NCBI GenBank assembly: GCA_963809405.1 | Contig: CAWEJN010000002.1 | Coordinates: 795,175-859,174 of the forward strand | Source of the DNA: an uncultured Actinomycetes bacterium | Lineage (GTDB): Bacteria > Actinomycetota > Thermoleophilia > Gaiellales > Gaiellaceae | Reading direction: 5' to 3' | Length of the DNA: 64,000 nt | Shown: positions 60,486 through 64,000 of the stretch, piece by piece | Numbering within the stretch: position 1 is the first letter of the stretch | Layout: each line of letters opens with the position of its first letter | Made by a program: the position numbers and the translations under genes | The notes under the pieces: generated by a model | What the model saw: the letters and a program-made list of their open reading frames with translations, nothing else | Database searches by the model: none | What the model was told of the DNA's origin: nothing

Positions 60486-60745
60486 AGTACGTCGGCATCG
60501 CGCTCGTGCACGCCTGGCGCTGGACGTTCGGGCTCCTCCTCACGCCGCCCGGGACCTGCAAGTACCACCCGAGCTGCTCGCAGTACGCACTCGACGCGCT
60601 CGACGAGTTCGGGCTCGCGCGCGGGACCGTTCTCGCCGGCTGGCGTCTTCTCCGCTGCAACCCCTGGAGCCACGGCGGCGTCGACTACGCGCACGACCAG
60701 ACGCTCTTCCCGCTCTTCCGCCGCTCGCCGAGGACGCGTACGTGA
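60482..60745 (+). CDS. yidD: membrane protein insertion efficiency factor YidD
   Basis: GTG 60482 overlaps the rnpA stop (GTGA). Contains [15 protein letters not shown] and RLLRCNPW. Confidence 0.88.
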   Translation: MKYVGIALVHAWRWTFGLLLTPPGTCKYHPSCSQYALDALDEFGLARGTVLAGWRLLRCNPWSHGGVDYAHDQTLFPLFRRSPRTRT

Positions 60746-61566
60746 TCGTCGCCGGGATCCTCACTCCGATCGAGAACGTCCTCGCCGACGTTCTGACCTG
60801 GCTGCACGGGACGGCGGGCCTCTCGTGGGCGTGGTCGATCGTCGCGCTCACGGTGATGGTGCGGATCCTGCTCGTCCCGGTCGCCATGCGGCAGATCCAC
60901 TCCATGCAGAGCCTGCAGCTGCACGCGCCCGAGATGAAGGCGATCCAGCAGCGCTACAAGAGCGACCGGCAGAAGCAGTCGGAAGAGCTCATGAAGTTCT
61001 ACAAGGAGAACAAGATCAATCCGTACGCGCCGTGCCTGCCGATCGTCTTCCAGCTCCCGATCTTCTTCTCGCTGTACTTCGTCTTGAAGAACGCCGAGAA
61101 GCACATCTTCAAGGGTTCGCCGCCTTCGGACCTCCACTGGATCCATCTCGTCAACATCACGGATCCGGTCAGGGACGGCTGGGGGCCAGTGCTCGTCGTC
61201 ATCTACGCAGGGAGCCAGCTCCTCTCGACGTACCTCATGTCGACGCAGATGCAGAGCGCCGCGCAGAAGTGGATGATCATGGTCCTCCCGATCGCCTTCA
61301 TCCCGTTCATCATCAGGTTCCCGGCAGGCCTCGTCCTCTACTGGGTGACGACGAACCTGTGGACGACGGGCCAGGGGATCGTGACGCGACGTCTCATGCC
61401 GAGGCCGGTGGTGCCGCCCAAACGCTCGAGCAGGACGGCGGCGAAGGAGCCTTCGGCTGCGGACGCGCCGCAAGCTGCGGCTGCGACGCAGCCGTCCGGC
61501 TCGGGCGGTGGCTCCGGAGCGCCGCGGAGGGTGAAGAAGAAGCGCGGCGGGAGACCGAAGCGGTGA
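60742..61566 (+). CDS. yidC: YidC/Oxa1-family membrane insertase
   Basis: GTG 60742 overlaps the yidD stop (GTGA). Contains [46 protein letters not shown] and [12 protein letters not shown]. Basic C-terminal tail. Confidence 0.92.
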   Translation: MIVAGILTPIENVLADVLTWLHGTAGLSWAWSIVALTVMVRILLVPVAMRQIHSMQSLQLHAPEMKAIQQRYKSDRQKQSEELMKFYKENKINPYAPCLPIVFQLPIFFSLYFVLKNAEKHIFKGSPPSDLHWIHLVNITDPVRDGWGPVLVVIYAGSQLLSTYLMSTQMQSAAQKWMIMVLPIAFIPFIIRFPAGLVLYWVTTNLWTTGQGIVTRRLMPRPVVPPKRSSRTAAKEPSAADAPQAAAATQPSGSGGGSGAPRRVKKKRGGRPKR

Positions 61567-62246
61567 GCGACGAGCCGGGCGTGCAGGTCGAGGCGACCGG
61601 CGAGACCGTCGGCGAGGCCAAGTGGGCGGCGCTCCGCGATCTGGAGCAGCTCCTGCCCGGCCTCGATCGGGACTCGGTCCAGTTCGAGGTGCTCTCCGAG
61701 GGAGAGCGCGGCCTGCTCGGGGTCGGCTACACGCCGGCACGCGTCGTCGCCTACGCCCCGGCCGTGGAAGGCTCGAGCGCAAACGGCGAGCGAAGCGAAG
61801 CTGCCGACGACGCCCGTGAGTTCGTGCGCCGCATCGCCGACGCCATCGGAGCAGGCGTGACACCGACCGCAGTCGAGCGCGAGGGAGTCATCGTGGTCAC
61901 GTGCACCGGCGAAGATCTCGGGCTCTTGATCGGCAAGCACGGGCAGACGATCGACGCGATCCAGTACCTCGCGAACGCGGTCGTGAGGGCCGAGGGCCGC
62001 GAGCACGCGATCGTCGTGGACGCAGCGGGTTACCGCGCGCGCCGAGCTGCCTCGCTCGAGGCGGTCGCCCGTCGCTCGGCGCAACGGGCGGCGGCACTGA
62101 ACGACCGGGTCGAGCTGGAGCCCATGACGGCCATCGAGCGGAAGATCGTCCACGAGGCGCTGAAGGACGATCCGGACGTTCAGACGGCGAGCGAGGGCTC
62201 GGAGCCGAACCGCTACGTCGTCGTCCTTCCGCGCGACGACGACTGA
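61563..62246 (+). CDS. jag: Jag/KhpB-like RNA-binding protein (KH + R3H domains)
   Basis: GTG 61563 overlaps the yidC stop (GTGA). KH-like LGLLIGKHGQTIDAIQYL. R3H-like ELEPMTAIERKIVHEAL. Confidence 0.82.
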   Translation: MSDEPGVQVEATGETVGEAKWAALRDLEQLLPGLDRDSVQFEVLSEGERGLLGVGYTPARVVAYAPAVEGSSANGERSEAADDAREFVRRIADAIGAGVTPTAVEREGVIVVTCTGEDLGLLIGKHGQTIDAIQYLANAVVRAEGREHAIVVDAAGYRARRAASLEAVARRSAQRAAALNDRVELEPMTAIERKIVHEALKDDPDVQTASEGSEPNRYVVVLPRDDD

Positions 62247-62247
62247 G

Positions 62248-62841
62248 GTGGCGACCGACGTCCTCGAGCGCTGGCTCGAGGAGCTCCTCGCGACGCCGGG
62301 GATCACCGCGATTCGCGACGCCGACGAGGCACGACGGATGCTCGTCGCCGACGCGCTGCGTGCCGGAGATCTGGTCTCCTCGGCTCCGCCGGGCGCGGTG
62401 ATCGACGTCGGCTCGGGTGGCGGGTCACCGGGTCTCCCGCTCGCCGTGACGATCCCCGACCGCGAGTTCGTTCTCCTCGACTCCCAGCGCCGCCGCTGCG
62501 ACTTCCTCCGTGCGGTGACCGGCTCGCTCCGGAACGTCGAGGTCGTCTGGGGTCGCGCCGAGACGCAACCGACCGACGCCTTCGCCGTGGCACTTGCCAA
62601 GGCGCTCGCGAAGCCACCGGTCGCGGCGGAGCTCTGTCTCCCGCTCGTCCGTCCTGGCGGGATCGCGATCCTGTGGACGGGAGAGGGCGCGAACCTGGAG
62701 CCGGCGAGCACCGCCGCAGAACGTGTCGGAGGCGTGGTCCAGTCGGAGGAGGACGGGTTGCTCGTGCTGCGCAAGGTGCGCGCGACACCCGAGGGCTTCC
62801 CTCGTCGCCCGGGGATCGCGAAGAAGCGCCCCCTCGCCTAG
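62248..62841 (+). CDS. rsmG: 16S rRNA (guanine527-N7)-methyltransferase
   Basis: 197 aa. SAM motif VIDVGSGGGSPGLPLA. Canonical position after jag. Confidence 0.88.
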   Translation: MATDVLERWLEELLATPGITAIRDADEARRMLVADALRAGDLVSSAPPGAVIDVGSGGGSPGLPLAVTIPDREFVLLDSQRRRCDFLRAVTGSLRNVEVVWGRAETQPTDAFAVALAKALAKPPVAAELCLPLVRPGGIAILWTGEGANLEPASTAAERVGGVVQSEEDGLLVLRKVRATPEGFPRRPGIAKKRPLA

Positions 62842-63389
62842 GCCACCTGCGCCGGCGCTGCATTCCGGAGCCGGATCCCGCTGAACTCGAGCGTCGAGCC
62901 GCAAACGAGATTCCAGAGCGGCCACAGGTTCTCGACCAGGCGGAGCTCGATGCGGGCATCGGCGTGGAGCGAGAGCAGGTCCCCGAGCTCGGCCATCCCG
63001 GCCGGCGCGACCGGCTCGCGGCTGATCCAGTAGCCGCCGACCTCGGGGTGGGGCGCGAAGGTCTCCTCCGGCAGACGGTAGGCGACGACCCGCGCCGACC
63101 GGATCCGCTCGAACCACCTGCCTTCGGCCGCGTGCACGCGCGTCGCGCCGGCGAGGAGCTCCGCGTCCGCGGCCGTCGTTTCGCGCGTCGCCCAGAACGT
63201 TCCTCGCGGGCAGTCGCGAGGGAACCAGAAGAGCGGGAGGTGCCGCGTGTCGACGGCCCAGACGAGCGGCTCCGAACTCTCGGCGGCTCGGCTGACGTGA
63301 GGCTCGAAGCGCGCGATCGAGACGTCTTCGCTGACGTGCCAGAGCGCGTGCTGGCCCTCGCCGACGTAGGGCGGCGCCGGATCTCGCAT
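62838..63389 (-). CDS. conserved-looking hypothetical protein on the opposite strand between rsmG and parA
   Basis: 183 aa, no TM or signal peptide. Distinctive LPLFWFPRDCPRGTFW segment. The stop overlaps the rsmG stop in a CTAG palindrome. Confidence 0.6.
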   Translation of the reverse strand: MRDPAPPYVGEGQHALWHVSEDVSIARFEPHVSRAAESSEPLVWAVDTRHLPLFWFPRDCPRGTFWATRETTAADAELLAGATRVHAAEGRWFERIRSARVVAYRLPEETFAPHPEVGGYWISREPVAPAGMAELGDLLSLHADARIELRLVENLWPLWNLVCGSTLEFSGIRLRNAAPAQVA

Positions 63390-63429
63390 CGCCTCCGACT
63401 CTAGCCGCCCCCCTCTCTAGTCTTGGTGG

Positions 63430-64000
63430 ATGCCCGCGCGGGTGTACGCCGTCGCTAACCAGAAGGGCGGTGTCGGCAAGACGACGACGGCCGTCAACAT
63501 CAGCGCCTGCCTCGCGGAGGCGGGCGAGCGGGTGCTCCTCATCGATCTCGACCCGCAGGCGAATGCGACCTCGGGTCTCGGCGTCAGTGTCAACGGAACG
63601 TCGACGCTCGATCTCCTCGACGGTGCGCAGCTCTCGTCTCTGACGCGGCCGTCGGGGTTCCCGAATCTCGATCTCGTCGCCGCGAAGAGCGATCTTGCGG
63701 CCGCCGCTGTTGAGCTGGCGTCGCGTGCAGGGGGCGAGCGCTACCTGGCGGAGGCGCTCGAGGCGAGCCTCGAGCCGTACTCCTTCGTCTTCCTCGACTG
63801 CCCGCCCTCGTTCGGCCCGCTGACGGTGAACGCGCTCGCGGCGGCGAGCCGCGCGATCGTGCCCGTGCAGGCGGAGTACTACGCGCTCGAGGGGCTGTCC
63901 CAGCTCCTCGGCACCGTGAACCTCGTCAAGGCGCGGCTCAACCCCGATCTCGCGGTCGCCGGGATCCTGCTCACGATGGCCGACGGGCGCACACGTCTCG
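63430..64000 (+). CDS. parA: chromosome partitioning ATPase ParA/Soj (3' truncated by window end)
   Basis: My own translation from ATG 63430 (not in the ORF track because no stop lies in the window): MPARVYAVANQKGGVGKTTTAVNISACLAEAG...LIDLDPQANATSGLG...FLDCPPSFGPLTVNAL. Confidence 0.9.
   Translation, partial: MPARVYAVANQKGGVGKTTTAVNISACLAEAGERVLLIDLDPQANATSGLGVSVNGTSTLDLLDGAQLSSLTRPSGFPNLDLVAAKSDLAAAAVELASRAGGERYLAEALEASLEPYSFVFLDCPPSFGPLTVNALAAASRAIVPVQAEYYALEGLSQLLGTVNLVKARLNPDLAVAGILLTMADGRTRL

Overview
High-GC (about 70%) bacterial chromosome segment. Gene content and order suggest a deep-branching Actinomycetota-like organism (low-confidence inference). The right third is the replication-origin neighbourhood: on the minus strand dnaA-dnaN-recF-dciA-gyrB-gyrA, on the plus strand rpmH-rnpA-yidD-yidC-jag-rsmG-(one opposite-strand ORF)-parA. 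The rest is densely packed housekeeping and envelope genes:
- an aa3-type cytochrome c oxidase operon plus a diheme cytochrome c
- tyrA and a DAHP-synthase/chorismate-mutase fusion
- a Wbp-like UDP-sugar cluster and an rfbABCD dTDP-rhamnose operon
- cell-wall hydrolases (SpoIID, S8 protease, M23, amidase)
- PolX, LigD and a DUF1998 helicase
- an ECF42 sigma factor with two DGPF/YciI genes
- NDH-2, accD/accA, a fabZ-H-D-G-F operon and NfeD/stomatin

I found no CRISPR array, rRNA, transposase or prophage.

The most unusual observations:
1. Three paralogous copies of an uncharacterised alpha/beta domain are translationally coupled inside the oxidase operon.
2. A Phe/Tyr-rich leader peptide plus terminator lies upstream of the DAHP synthase gene.
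3. 4-nt start/stop overlaps are pervasive, including two apparent CTGA (CTG-start) cases, one of them recF.
4. Two genes carry apparent frameshifts.
5. A cluster of DnaA-box-like TCCACAGG repeats sits 20 kb from dnaA.
6. An arginase-fold protein has an N-terminal zinc ribbon and altered metal/catalytic residues.

All functional calls rest on my recognition of motifs in the translated ORFs; no database search was run.
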